Assembly (NCBI RefSeq): GCF_030028105.1
Contig: NC_092371.1
Coordinates: 14,901,884 to 14,965,883 of the forward strand
DNA: 64,000 nt
Reading direction: 5' to 3'
From: Mobula birostris
Taxonomy: Eukaryota
A program made the position numbers and the translations under genes. Shown here piece by piece: positions 14,272-25,140 of this stretch; position 1 is the stretch's first letter, and every line of letters starts with the position of its first letter. Under the pieces are notes generated by a model. The model did no database searches. It was not told where the DNA came from and saw nothing but the letters and a program-made list of their open reading frames with translations.

Positions 14272-14349
14272 TCAGAGGGTTTTAGTGTAGCCCCATTTTC
14301 GGTCCAGTTCTCCGTAATCCACCGAAGTAGAAACCAACCACTTTCTCAT
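14272..14349 (-). CDS. Exon 7, terminal MRKWLVSTSVDYGELDRKWGYTKTL* carrying ITIM VDYGEL
   Basis: Acceptor tcctcctctgctcgcag, phase 0, VxYxxL motif, polyA signal about 60 bp past the stop. Confidence 0.7.
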   Translation of the reverse strand: MRKWLVSTSVDYGELDRKWGYTKTL

Positions 14350-17300
14350 CTGCGAGCAGAGGAGGATGCAGCGAAGTCGAGCGAAGCGTAAAGGATCGGC
14401 GCTTCTGACTGGAACGTACCAAATATTGGCAATTAAAGTAATCCCACAGCATGATTTACCATTGTTCAACAGAGTCACTACTGTGCTGACCCTCCTCTAT
14501 AAGACACCTCCTTAAGTGACTCCAGCAGATTAATCAAATATGACTTCAGTATCATAATTTCCTGCTGACTCCTTTCTTGCTCATCATTTTTAGTACCCAA
14601 TCCCAAACATCAAAATTGTGAATCTTAGAACGGTGTTCAAAGAACGTCCGTACCTGAGCCGCGCTGCCGTTTCCCTGGCGCGTCGCCGATTGACGATGTG
14701 TCCCTGTGTATTGGAAGAGTATGAATTAGGACTATTATCTGGCCAATTTATAATAACTTACAGAAATGTCCTGTATGTCAGAAATCCCAAACATTACAAC
14801 AGTCTCCAATGTACCAGCAATCGGTCTGCGATAATAGTACTAATAATTTCACATTCACCAATGGCTCTCAGATGCGTCATAACTTTCTTATTCATTCCCC
14901 AATAGGACAATGATCCCCAAGATGAGAATAGTTCCCAAATACGGACACCATTTCATTATGGAATCGTATACAACAATGAAAGCATAATGATTTAAGGATT
15001 CCCAATTTCGTAACGTCTACAGGGGGCTGAGATGGGGTATGATTTCTTCAATGCATTCAGGAGGAGATATTGAAACGTGATAGGAGCATAAGACATGGGA
15101 TCATAATTACGCCATGAAGCCCATCATGTCTGCCCCGCCATTCCATTATGGCTGATCCCGGGTTCCACTCAACTCCTTACAGCTTCCTGCTCGCCATCAC
15201 CTTTCATACCATGACTAATCTGGGAACTATCAATTTTGGCTTTAAAAATAGCCACGGTCTTGACCTCCACAGCTGTCTACGGAAGAGCATTTTGCAGGTT
15301 CAATACATTCCAGCTTAAAAAAAATCCTCCTTACCTTTGTTCTAAAAGGCCGCCCCTCAAATTTGAGGCTGTACCCTCGAGTTCTGGACACCCCCACAAT
15401 AGGAAACATTCTCTCTACATCCACCTTATGAAGTTCCTTCAACAGTCATAGGTTTCATGATACCGTCACCCCATCGCACTTTTCTAAATTCCGGTGAGTA
15501 CAGGCCCCAGGCTGCCAAACGCTCCTCTTATGCTAATCCCTTTATTCTCGTAATCATCCTCATGAACTTCCTCCGGATTCTCTAAAAAGGCATGCTGCTT
15601 GATTTCTGCACTGCTTCCACGAGGAGATATGAAACAGTATGTGGCAAGTCCAACTGGTACTGAGTTTGATAACGCAAAACTGATTGTTTTAAGATAGGGA
15701 TGACTGCGGGTAACATGGGCAAATGGTTTGTTTGCCTTTATTGTTTGGAGTATTCAGTATAAGAGTATAGAAATAATGCTGCATCGATATAAAACTCCAG
15801 TCAGACCGCATGTGGAGTATTGAATGCATATCTGGATGTCCCATTACTGAAAAAAACTGTGCAGGACGCGCAGAAGTAATGAACAAGGATGCTGTCCGGG
15901 TTAGTGGTATGATTTATAAGTAAACGTCGGGCATACCTTGGTTGTTGTTCAGAAAAATATCAAAAATAAAATGAAATGCCAGAAAATGCAAGACGATATA
16001 TTCATAAAATGCTAAGAGAAACAAGAAACAATCCAATACAACATATTGAAGGATCTGGCAGCAGTTTAACTCAATTCTGTTACGTACACACGCAAATTAA
16101 GTGGCAAATAGCATTCATTAAAATCTTGCTCTCAAGTGCAAACCTATGAAAGAGACTACAGTTTACTATAAATACAAGCCTTTTCCATTTTAGAGCCAAT
16201 GACCCGCAAATTTTATTGTGACCGATCCGTTATTACCGATAGGACAATCCAATTTACTCAATAGCCATTCGAAACACACATAACATAAAGAATTCAATAT
16301 GTCAAAACCACCAGATACATGCTGAATTAAAAGAGGAAATTGAAAGTTTATAGAACATGAACAGGGAATAAATACATTGTTTCGATAGTAATATCTACAA
16401 CTAATATCATCCCAACGTCACTATACAATAGCATTAAAGATTAGGCATACAAAGCTACATTTACGTAAATGCTCAGAATGTCACAATTCTAAAAATCATT
16501 TAGATAGTCCGAAAGTTCGAAGAAATTGAGATATGGGTGTGCTTTATGACCGTACTTCAGATATTACCAGCTTGAGCTGAGAAAAAAACAATCATAGTGA
16601 CAAGTGCTCAATGGTAATTATAACATAGTTATCGTCATTATATTCCGTGCTCCACCCAAACATTATAAATACTCTTCCGAGAATGTCTGCCTGGCGTCAA
16701 TGTTCGCATAACCAGGACTGGCGATACGCAGATGCACCAATTGCTCATACGACCGTTCTCTACCTCCTTCCATGGCTTCATGTAACCCTGATCGGGGTTT
16801 GGGGGGGGGGTGCGGGGAGGCGGCTGACCAGGTGCTACACCTTGCTCAGGGGTAACTTGGAAGCTAGAGTAGTGAAAGAGCGCCTTAAACCTCCTTTATT
16901 CGAGACGCATGTCCCCCACCCTTCCACCAAAAGTAAAAATATGACACGGCCTTGAACACATCCGCTGTACCCATATTAACGTATTCATTTGGTATGATAT
17001 ATTAGTCCGAAACCGATCTGGAAAAGCTATAACAAATTAGAACGGAAAAGTCTTAGAAAACACTGTGCATACTTGAACAGACTACCTTGGACAGAAGGAG
17101 GACGAGGAATAACAAATATAAAAATTTACACAGCAGTTAGATGAAACTTTTAAGGATATATTTTCATCGACGAAAAGTGGATTCAATACTCCACGCTAGT
17201 ATAAGTAACAGTACAAACCACTAAACGTCAATGAAAACACAGAGAAAAAAAATAGAGAAATTGTCATCACAGAAGAAAAGGTTAAGTATCTGAAGAGCAT

Positions 17301-20300
17301 GACCCACCATGGAAGACTTCCTATGTGAGGAGCAGACCAGATGTCGACATGAAGCGTCGAACGCCTGGCTCAGAGTTGAAGACCACTTCATAGAAACAGG
17401 GGTTTCTTGTAGCAATGTAGGACCAGGTGGGTAACACAAAAATCACAAAAATATCAAAAATTCAAAATGATAAACGCAGAACATGCCAAGAGAAACCACG
17501 AATATTCCAACAATTCACAGGATCCTGCAGCAGTTTAACTCAGTCTGATTACCCACAGAGACACAATCAACTGATAAACATCACTCACCAAAATCTTGCT
17601 CTAGACTGTAAATTCATAAAAGACACTGTACCTTACCATAAATGCAAGCCTGGTTCAGTTTTAGAATCAGCGAGCTTCAAATTTTATTATGACCGAAAAA
17701 GAAAAACTCTGCAGTGCTGGATAACAAAGTAATACACACAAAATGCTGATAAAGAGTCTCGGCCCGAAACATAGACTGCTTACTCTTTTCCATAGATGCT
17801 GTCTGGCTTGCCTAGCTCCTCTAGCATTTTGTGTGTATTACCATGCTGTGACCGAAGCTTTTTAAACAGGAAAATCCATTACAAACGTCAGAATATAATA
17901 TTACAGGATAAACAAGCGAGAAAAACGTACTTCATAGATAGAGCCTTTCCAAACACAGAAAATATCAATGTGAAAAACATGAGATATATGCAAAATTAAA
18001 AGAGGAAAATAAAAGTCTATGCAACAGGAACAGGGTATACATTCTCCCAGTAGTAATACCGGCAACTCGGTAACCCCACAGTCACGACCAAATAGAATTA
18101 AACAATCAGGGCTACATAGCAATGTTTACATAACTCCTGAGAAAACGACAATACTAAACACCTCTAGAATAGTACGAACGTTCCTAGCAATTAAGAAATG
18201 AGTGTGCTTGGCTATGTCCGTATATCAGGTTTTACCAGCTCGAGCGAGGAAAAACTGAGACAGTAATAATAATACAAACACAGTACACCGAGAAACACGT
18301 TTCCAGGATTTCAGACATCCCATCCATCAGATCCTTACCCTCCGGTACTTCAGTACCATTTGCTCCACTCCCTGCCTCAACTATTTTTTGAGTTCTCTGT
18401 TCTAAACCCACTGGCTGCAATTACACAGTGCCTCGAAAAAGGGACGGAGGTAACTGTTAGCAGTTGTATGGATATGCCTAGCAAAAGCAAATCCTTACCT
18501 GATTTACGCTCTTTAGAGATGCAAATAAAAATGACGATAACCAGCAATCCAAGGACCCCAAGGAGAATCGCTGTGGGAAGACACCAGCCTGGACAGAAAG
18601 AATTGTTGTTGGTGAAGTCACAGCTTCCAAGAACATTTTATTTAGGCTTACATTTGTTTGTCATATGAAAAATTCTAAGATATACACTAATTCCAAACAA
18701 CAAGAGCAAAAATTTAAACCGATCCCGTCAAAGTTGGTGCTTGATTCAGATTGTACAGTTACTTACCATCCATACCAGTGATGTTCTAACACCTAAGGAT
18801 AACATCAGTTATTTTAATTATATATGTTGAATGTCGAGCCCTGACCAGCACACCACAGCAAATGTCTAACATATGAAAATATATATGGCGAATAAATTTG
18901 ACCCTTAATCCTTAAACCATAATGGACAACCAAAAACTCATAGTAAGGCAACCGAAGTACGACTCATCTATACAGCTCCTCAGATCATTTCCCGCTTTCC
19001 TCTCAGTCACCTTGACCTTTCCAATCAGTTTTACGGTTCACCATCCTAACTTGAAAAGCAACGCTTGTCTTTCATGATGGCCGCATCCAACCGCACTGTG
19101 AGAACATCACGGACATCAGAGAGTAAAAGCCCAGGTTTGCCCCCTGCTCCTCAAAGGACTCTAGGGTTGGGCAGCCAAAGGTGGTGAAGTGAATCGCCGG
19201 TATATTCCCGCAGACATAAGACATAGGAGAATAATTAGGCCGTATGGCCCATCGAGTCTGCTCCGCCTTTCCAACACACATGAGTATCAATACTGTATGT
19301 GAAAACATCGCCTTACCTTGATCTGGTTGAGTGGTGGGATAGGAGACGCTCTTAGTCCTCGTCTTTCCCGCACCCCCTAGTTGTGCGATGCAGGTGAAGA
19401 GCCCGCCGCTCCTCCAAGTTTCCACTGGGACCAGCACCTGACTTCTAACACTGTAGCTCTGGTCTAGGTCAAGTGTACCGGGATCGCTCCATCCTTCCAT
19501 GATCTGTCCGGATATGTTCCAGTAAATGACAATCTGTTTGGTAAAAAGGCCGCCGACCAGACACACCAGGGGAACTGACCCATTACTGTCAGACGGTGGG
19601 ACAAATAACTGCATGTAGGTCCGCTTGGTGGAGCTGTCTGGTCAGAGAATGGGACACAGTTAACCGGAGTGTAAGCGAAGTACCTGGTTGATTATAATCC
19701 CACTACCGAGTCCTCTTACCTCCAACAAGGAGTCTAGGTCCTTTCACAAGCGGCGGGTAGCTATCCATCTCACCACAGTAGTAGAAACCCGAATCCTCCA
19801 GCCGGACATCCTTGATTTCCAGCACTGATGTGCGATCTCCAGAGCCTATTTTGTAAGTAGCCCTACAACCTTTCTCTTGGCAGTCTGTGGATTTGATCGC
19901 TACCGGGGGTTCGTCAGCACGGTACTTGTACCAGAAAATATGGTTCGCGAACTCTAGTTTGTTCGTAAGTTCACAGGGCAGTTGAACTGTATCTCCCACA
20001 TCTGCGGTCATTGCAGCTGGACTCACAGGAAAGGGCTCAGATTCTGTAACACCAATTATTATCAGTTAACTAAAATAATCACGAATTGAACTACGTAGAA
20101 ATTAAGCATATTGCCTGCAGCTTAAAAGTTCGCTCTAATTTTCAGTTGCATTTATTGTCTAAAATAAATTCGTCTATCTATCCGCAGATGACCTTAAATT
20201 GAGAGGTCTGGGGGCCATTTCAGGCAGGGCTCGCCAAACATACTGCTTTAGGTTTGGAGCTGCTTAGGTGCAGAGAGGAGCAGTTCGCTAGATAACCTTC

Positions 20301-20561
20301 ACCAAAAGAAAATGAGCGAGGCTCATAGAAACTGACTGGTAATTTATTAAATCGGTTTATAATCAGCTTTGATGAGATTCTAGCTTAATAATTTCGATTC
20401 GTTTCATTTACTGAAGTTTATTTCCCCACTTTCACGGGATGTTTAATGCAGTGTATAACAAACTTGCTAGGGTACGTTTGAAAGTTACCAACCTCGACTC
20501 ACTCACCATAAACACGAAACATCTGAACGGTAACGAACAGGAATAAAAGTTTCATCAACAT
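14272..20561 (-). CDS. Intact non-rearranging antigen-receptor-like gene (leader-VJ-C1-TM-cytoplasmic ITIM), PRARP/VJC1-like, 329 aa from 7 exons
   Basis: Exons 20507-20561, 19720-20043, 19317-19637, 18499-18588, 18339-18410, 14654-14703, 14272-14349 all have GT-AG boundaries and compatible phases (1,1,1,1,1,0). They sum to 990 nt with no internal stop. AATAAA on the minus strand at 14206-14211. Confidence 0.8.
14654..14703 (-). CDS. Exon 6, cytoplasmic GTHRQSATRQGNGSAAQ
   Basis: Acceptor ttccaatacacag, donor CAG|GTACGG, phase 1 to 0, which matches the phase required by the ITIM exon. Confidence 0.65.
15960..18200 (+). mobile_element. Two fragmented R4-clade (restriction-like endonuclease) non-LTR retroelements in intron 5 of the receptor gene
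   Basis: PILTYSFG, LPWTEGGRGI, CCHC-like QNDK..CQEKP…GSCSSLTQSDY, C-terminal TILNTSRIVRTFL*; 15960-16520 parallels 17420-18200. Confidence 0.75.
18339..18410 (-). CDS. Exon 5, cytoplasmic VGLEQRTQKIVEAGSGANGTEVPE
   Basis: 72 bp, phase 1-1, donor G|GTAAGG. Needs the distal AG of a tandem cagccag acceptor; the exon is skippable in frame. Confidence 0.6.
18499..18588 (-). CDS. Exon 4, transmembrane segment GWCLPTAILLGVLGLLVIVIFICISKERKS
   Basis: Acceptor ctttctgtccag, uncharged hydrophobic run followed by KERK stop-transfer, donor G|GTAAGG, phase 1-1. Confidence 0.88.
19317..19637 (-). CDS. Exon 3, C1-set Ig domain
   Basis: DSSTKRTYMQLFVPP...VPLVCLVGG...IYWNISG...YSVRSQVLVPVETWRSGGLFTCIAQ; follows an 82-bp intron; donor G|GTAAGG. 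Confidence 0.92.
19720..20043 (-). CDS. Exon 2, V-set Ig domain with J-like G strand in the same exon
   Basis: GDTVQLPC...IFWYKYR...LEIKDVRLEDSGFYYC...LVKGPRLLVG; canonical Cys-Trp-DxGxYxC; acceptor gtgttacag, donor G|GTAAGA. Confidence 0.93.
20507..20561 (-). CDS. Exon 1, signal peptide MLMKLLFLFVTVQMFRVY
   Basis: ATG at 20561, hydrophobic core, phase-1 donor G|GTGAGT. Confidence 0.85.
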
Positions 20562-20599
20562 TTGGCCTCAGGCCGGTGGTCGGCTGGTGCTGCCCTCGA

Positions 20600-20730
20600 C
20601 TCCCAGGAGTCGGAGTGAGCTTAACTGCGACTCTGTGCAGCCTCTCAGCTACAGTTGTCCCTACTCGGTGATGAGATTCGGGGGCGGGTCCACTGCACTC
20701 ATACTGCGCTTTGGGCGGGTTACACTTGAT
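20600..20730 (-). promoter_or_regulatory. Probable TATA-less GC-box promoter of the intact receptor gene
   Basis: Two GGGCGG boxes (about 20682 and 20713) in a locally GC-rich stretch upstream of the ATG. Confidence 0.35.
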
Positions 20731-21329
20731 TCCCGCATCAGTGCGTCAGAAGGTCAAATGGTTATGGAGAATTCTTCAGAAAGACTTCCAAAGAGAACAT
20801 GGTTTGAGCATGGTTTCTGGGATGTACACATCTGTATCGATAACAAAACTAATATTCACGTCCTCATACCTAAATCCCCGCAGGAGCTGGAGATGAATCG
20901 ACGGTGCTTACTTACTGCAGCCCCTCTTATAAAGGTAAACATTGCGATACTGTGAGAATAAGTTCAGAACCAGACACTGACGGAACACAGATATGCCAGC
21001 CTGGGTAATACACAACTTGGAGGGAAACCTGCGGTAGTGTATTCCCGTCACTGCTACACTTGAACTGCTTGGCCAGGGTACGGGAAGAGCTGTTCAAGCT
21101 GTCTGGGCGAGTAACTCAGTGGAATTTGGTACGGGAACTTATGAAATGGATAATACCGACTGTACGTGGTCGCAGCTGCACCATCAGAGGCCAACAGAGA
21201 GTATTCCAACGAAATCGTGACCCGTGCCAAGGGAGAAATGCATTGGGCTGTCACAAAGTGTTCCTCGCTCTGGGCTTCGCAACCTCTGACCTGGTCTTGA
21301 AGTCACTATGTTCCTACAGCGAAAAGCGT

Positions 21330-21850
21330 TTACAATGAATGGTGATTTCCATAGCATTGTACAAATTGGTCAGACAGCACCTGGACTATTATGAACAACT
21401 TTGGGCTGACATTATGAGGAGCATTTGATTCCTCTGGGCTTATACTGTCAAGAGTTTAGAAAAATGAGGAGCAGGTGGAATTTCATTAAAACTTGTCAAA
21501 TATTGAAAGGCCTAGAAAAAGTTGAGGTGGAAATGTTACTTCCAATTGTAGGAGACATTAGGACCAGAGTGCACAGTCTCAGAAAAGTATGGCATTCCTT
21601 CAGAACATAGATAAGGTGGAATTTGTTTGGCCAGGGTGTAGTGAATCTGTGGAACACTTTGCTACAGACGGTTGTGAGAGCCAAGCCAATGGGTATATTT
21701 AGAAAGAGGTTTAATACGTTCTTGATTAGTAAGGGCCTGAAGGGTATCGGAATAAGGCAGGAAATGGATTTGAGAGGTAAATAAATCAGAAATGATGGAA
21801 TGGTGGAGTAGACTGAGTAGCCATATTCTGCTCCTATGTCATCTGGTAAC
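21330..21850 (+). mobile_element. CR1 3' fragment
   Basis: LGLYCQEFRKMR…VEMLLPIVG…HSLR. Confidence 0.8.
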
Positions 21851-22669
21851 TAAATTATGCGGGAATCGTTAGTGTGACATTAAATATCAAGGCAGATGCT
21901 GTTGGAGATAGTCAGTGCCCCGAGGTAATGTTCCTCCAGTGTTAAAATTCGGTGTATTTAATAAGGTTAGAGAACTGTTTACATTACGAAGCACAGGTAA
22001 ACCGGACGCAACACAGAGCACTGTATATGAGATTAATTTCCACTGCCACGATGTTGTTTGCAGGGTCTTCCAGTGCATCATATAATATGAAGTCTAACAG
22101 GCTGAACTTGGCGGCAGCTTCGAAGCTACGAAAACAGGAAACCCACAAAGAGCTCTGGTTCGGTTACATTTTCCATCTCCAGCGTCATCTGCTCTTGCAA
22201 CTGCTCACCAGTATTTAAAGCATCTGAATATGAGATAGATGCATTGTGAGCGAGTCTCTCTGCGAGTTTCACGGTAGCAGTTCACTGTGCATCTCTGATG
22301 ACAGGACGTCTTGTTGCCTTTGATTCAGGGGCTGATTCTTTTCCCTGTTACTGAAAGTCAAATAATCCCGAGCACCGATTCGGCCTTGGCACAACATAGC
22401 TCTTTAGGCCCAGAACCAGTTGTTACATTTTAAATTGAAAAGTAAATCTATTTCACTCTTTGTCCCTCATCTCAGAGTCATCAGACCTGAAGAAAGGCCT
22501 CGATCCGAAACGTTAATAGTTCATTCCTCTCCAAATAATCTGCCTGAATTCTGAGTTCTTTCAGCTTTTTATGTCTGTACTCTGAAAGTGAACTTCCTCT
22601 AGTAAGGTCTTCTGCAAAACATCTACAGCGTGGAAGATACATTTGGTCGCTTTTCTCTCCAGTGGCGAC

Positions 22670-22731
22670 TCTTCTTCTTCTTCTTCTTCTTCTTCTTCTT
22701 CTTCTTCTTCTTCTTCTTCTTCTTCTTCTTC
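22670..22731. repeat. (TTC)n microsatellite
   Basis: Direct. Confidence 0.98.
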
Positions 22732-23391
22732 AGCCCTACTACAACATAGGCCCCTGACAGCATCCTTCCAGAATCCTCTGTCATGTGTCAGTCTTTCAAA
22801 CTGCCCCCAGATGCAGCCCATCTTTGAAGATCCTTGCTCTCCTAGGGATGTGACTTTTGGAACCTGTGTTGGTGTTTTTGAGGCGAGGGGTGTTTACGGG
22901 TGGGAGTTGTTAACCACTTGCCCAAGCCTCACCCTTTCGCAACCGAGTGTGAGACGGTCCATTTTTAAGATCTACCAGTGCTTCTGCTCTGCAGTAACAC
23001 GCTCTCACCTCTTTTCATCCCACCTATCATTTACTTCTCTTTCTTCCCCCCGACCCCGTGTGACCACCCATCGTCGTCTTAAATCACCTTCTGCTGTTCA
23101 CCATCTCCAGCGAGTTCCGCATTCTTCTCACACTCAGAGTGTGCTTTTCGCGATTTCCATGGTGGATCTATTTGGAATTGTGCTTATATCGCCCTCCTCC
23201 CGTCCAAGTCTTGCAGCCATCTAATAGTCTTATTCTTGTGAAAAACACATGACATTCAACAGATGCTGGAAATCTGGAGCAACACACACACACAATGATG
23301 GAGGAACTCAGTTAGGCAGCGTCTCTGGCCCGAAATATCCACAGTCGATTCTCCTCCTGATACACTGCCTTTCTTTCTGAATTCCTTCAGC

Positions 23392-23393
<2 letters not shown>

Positions 23394-23446
<53 letters not shown>
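23394..23446. repeat. (TG)n microsatellite
   Basis: Direct. Confidence 0.98.
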
Positions 23447-23447
<1 letters not shown>

Positions 23448-23840
23448 TTGAGTCTTGACACACCATCAAACGGGCTCACCATGTAAGCCTCAACATTCTC
23501 TGTTTTGTTATTCGGTTATTCAACTGTGAGTCCGAGTTCTGCCCAAGTAAAGCTCTTATCACGGTACTATTTCTAAAATCTATAATATTGTGCTGATCAG
23601 AACAAGAGAGCGTCATTCAAATAGATGCAAGTCCTTGATCTTTAGTGAACCGTTTTCTTTCTGTGGAGAGTTGGAGGAGTGGTGTGTATCGTCTAAGTGG
23701 GAGACGCCTTTGGATCGGTACATGATCAGCAATTCATTCCTTTGCTCCGTGCAAGTTGCTAAGGACGTCGGCATTTAACTCCTTCAGACTGCATCTCATC
23801 TCAGGTACAGAATTCATTTGCAACTTCGTTAGTTTTCATA

Positions 23841-24385
23841 CACACAGTGGCCACTTTGTTATGTGTAACTAGTAAAGTGGCCACCAAGTGTGTATTCGTG
23901 GTCTTGAATCTTCATTCACTTCAGGATTCGATGTGTTGTGCGTTCAGAAACACTCTTCTGCACTGTTGTAACGCTAGGTTATTTGAGTTATTACCGCCTT
24001 CCTGTCAACTTGCATCATTTACGCTATTCTCCTCTGACCGCTCTCATTGACAAAGCGAATGCGCCCACAGAATAACCGGTCACTGGATGATTTTATTTGT
24101 TTTTCGTACCACTTTCTGTAAACTCCAAAGACTGTAGTGCATGAAAAACGTTGAAGATCAGCAGTTTCAGAGTTAATCAAACCACCCGTCTGAGAACAAG
24201 AATCACTCCAGAGTCAAAGTCACTCTTAGATAACGTACCTTCCTCATTCGGATATTTGGTATGAACAACAATTGAACTTCTTGACCATGTCTGCGTGCTT
24301 TTTTGTAGTGAATTCATACCACGTGATTGGCTGATTAGATATTTACACTGACGAACAGGTGTGCAGATAAGGTAGCCACTGAGTA
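23841..24385. mobile_element. Tc1/mariner-like non-autonomous element
   Basis: Imperfect TIR CAGTGGCCACTTT / AGGTAGCCACTGAG, TA on the left flank. Confidence 0.55.
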
Positions 24386-24525
24386 ACGCTGGCGTGAATA
24401 CACTTGAATTACTGCGTTCAGTTTTATTTGCCCTGCTACAGGAAAAATGCTATTAAACTAGGAACAGTGCACTAAAGGTTTAGAAGGATGCTAGATCTCC
24501 CGGGCGAGTGTCAGGGTTATTTCAG

Positions 24526-25140
24526 ACCATAAGACCATAAGACAAAGGAGCAGAAGTCGGCCATTCGGCCCATCGAGTCTGCTCCGCCATTTTATCATGA
24601 GCTGATCCATTCTCCCATTTAGTCCCACTCCCCCGACTTCTCACCATAACCTTTCATTCCCTGGCTACACAGATACCTATCAATCTCAGCCTTAAATACA
24701 CCCACTGACTTGGCCTCCACTGCTGCCCGTGGCAACAAATTCCATAGATTCACCAGCCTCTGGCTAAAAAAGAATTCTTCGCATTTCTGTTCTGAATGGA
24801 ACAGACCGGTCAGAAATTCTTTCCTTAGGGCATGGGAGATTTCGAAGTTTTTTTTTTCTATGAAGAAATTGAGAGCAGAGTTGTGAAGTGAAGGGGAAAG
24901 CGGGGAGGGATTTTAGGGACAACTTTTTTTTTACAAAAAGGGTGGTGTCTCTGAATTTGGTTGAGACGGCTACAACGATAACATTTAAAGGACAGATTAA
25001 TGTAAATATATAGGAAATGTTTAGAGGGATATGGTCCAAACACAGGCAGCTGGAATATGCTTGGATGTGTCATCTCGATCAGCATGGACCAGATGGACTG
25101 AAAGACTTGTTTCTGTGCTGTGTGATTCTGTGATTCTCTG
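24526..25140. mobile_element. Minus-strand young CR1 3' end joined to a plus-strand CR1 3' end
   Basis: 24526-24790 is nearly identical to 57050-57310. Confidence 0.85.

Noticed and set aside
18424-18455. CACAGTG heptamers (also 12272, 23843, 45966) as RSS
   Set aside because: No ACAAAAACC nonamer at 12 or 23 spacing, and none abuts a V or J end.
19072-19316. Long read-through of the C1 ORF suggesting a secreted isoform
   Set aside because: The extension runs through a CR1 tail fragment past a consensus donor, and no polyA signal was noted; likely incidental.
21940-22125. Minus-strand frame with two ITIM-like motifs (ILYDAL, LIYSAL) after an apparent acceptor
   Set aside because: The polypyrimidine tract is just the reverse complement of the + strand AAACAGGAAACC promoter module, the stretch aligns with the 3.5-kb promoter copy, and no upstream TM exon in a suitable phase was found. 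Probably chance, though not excluded.
22561-23224. Poly-Glu and poly-Ser ORFs
   Set aside because: Translation of the (TTC)n microsatellite and flanking repeats.
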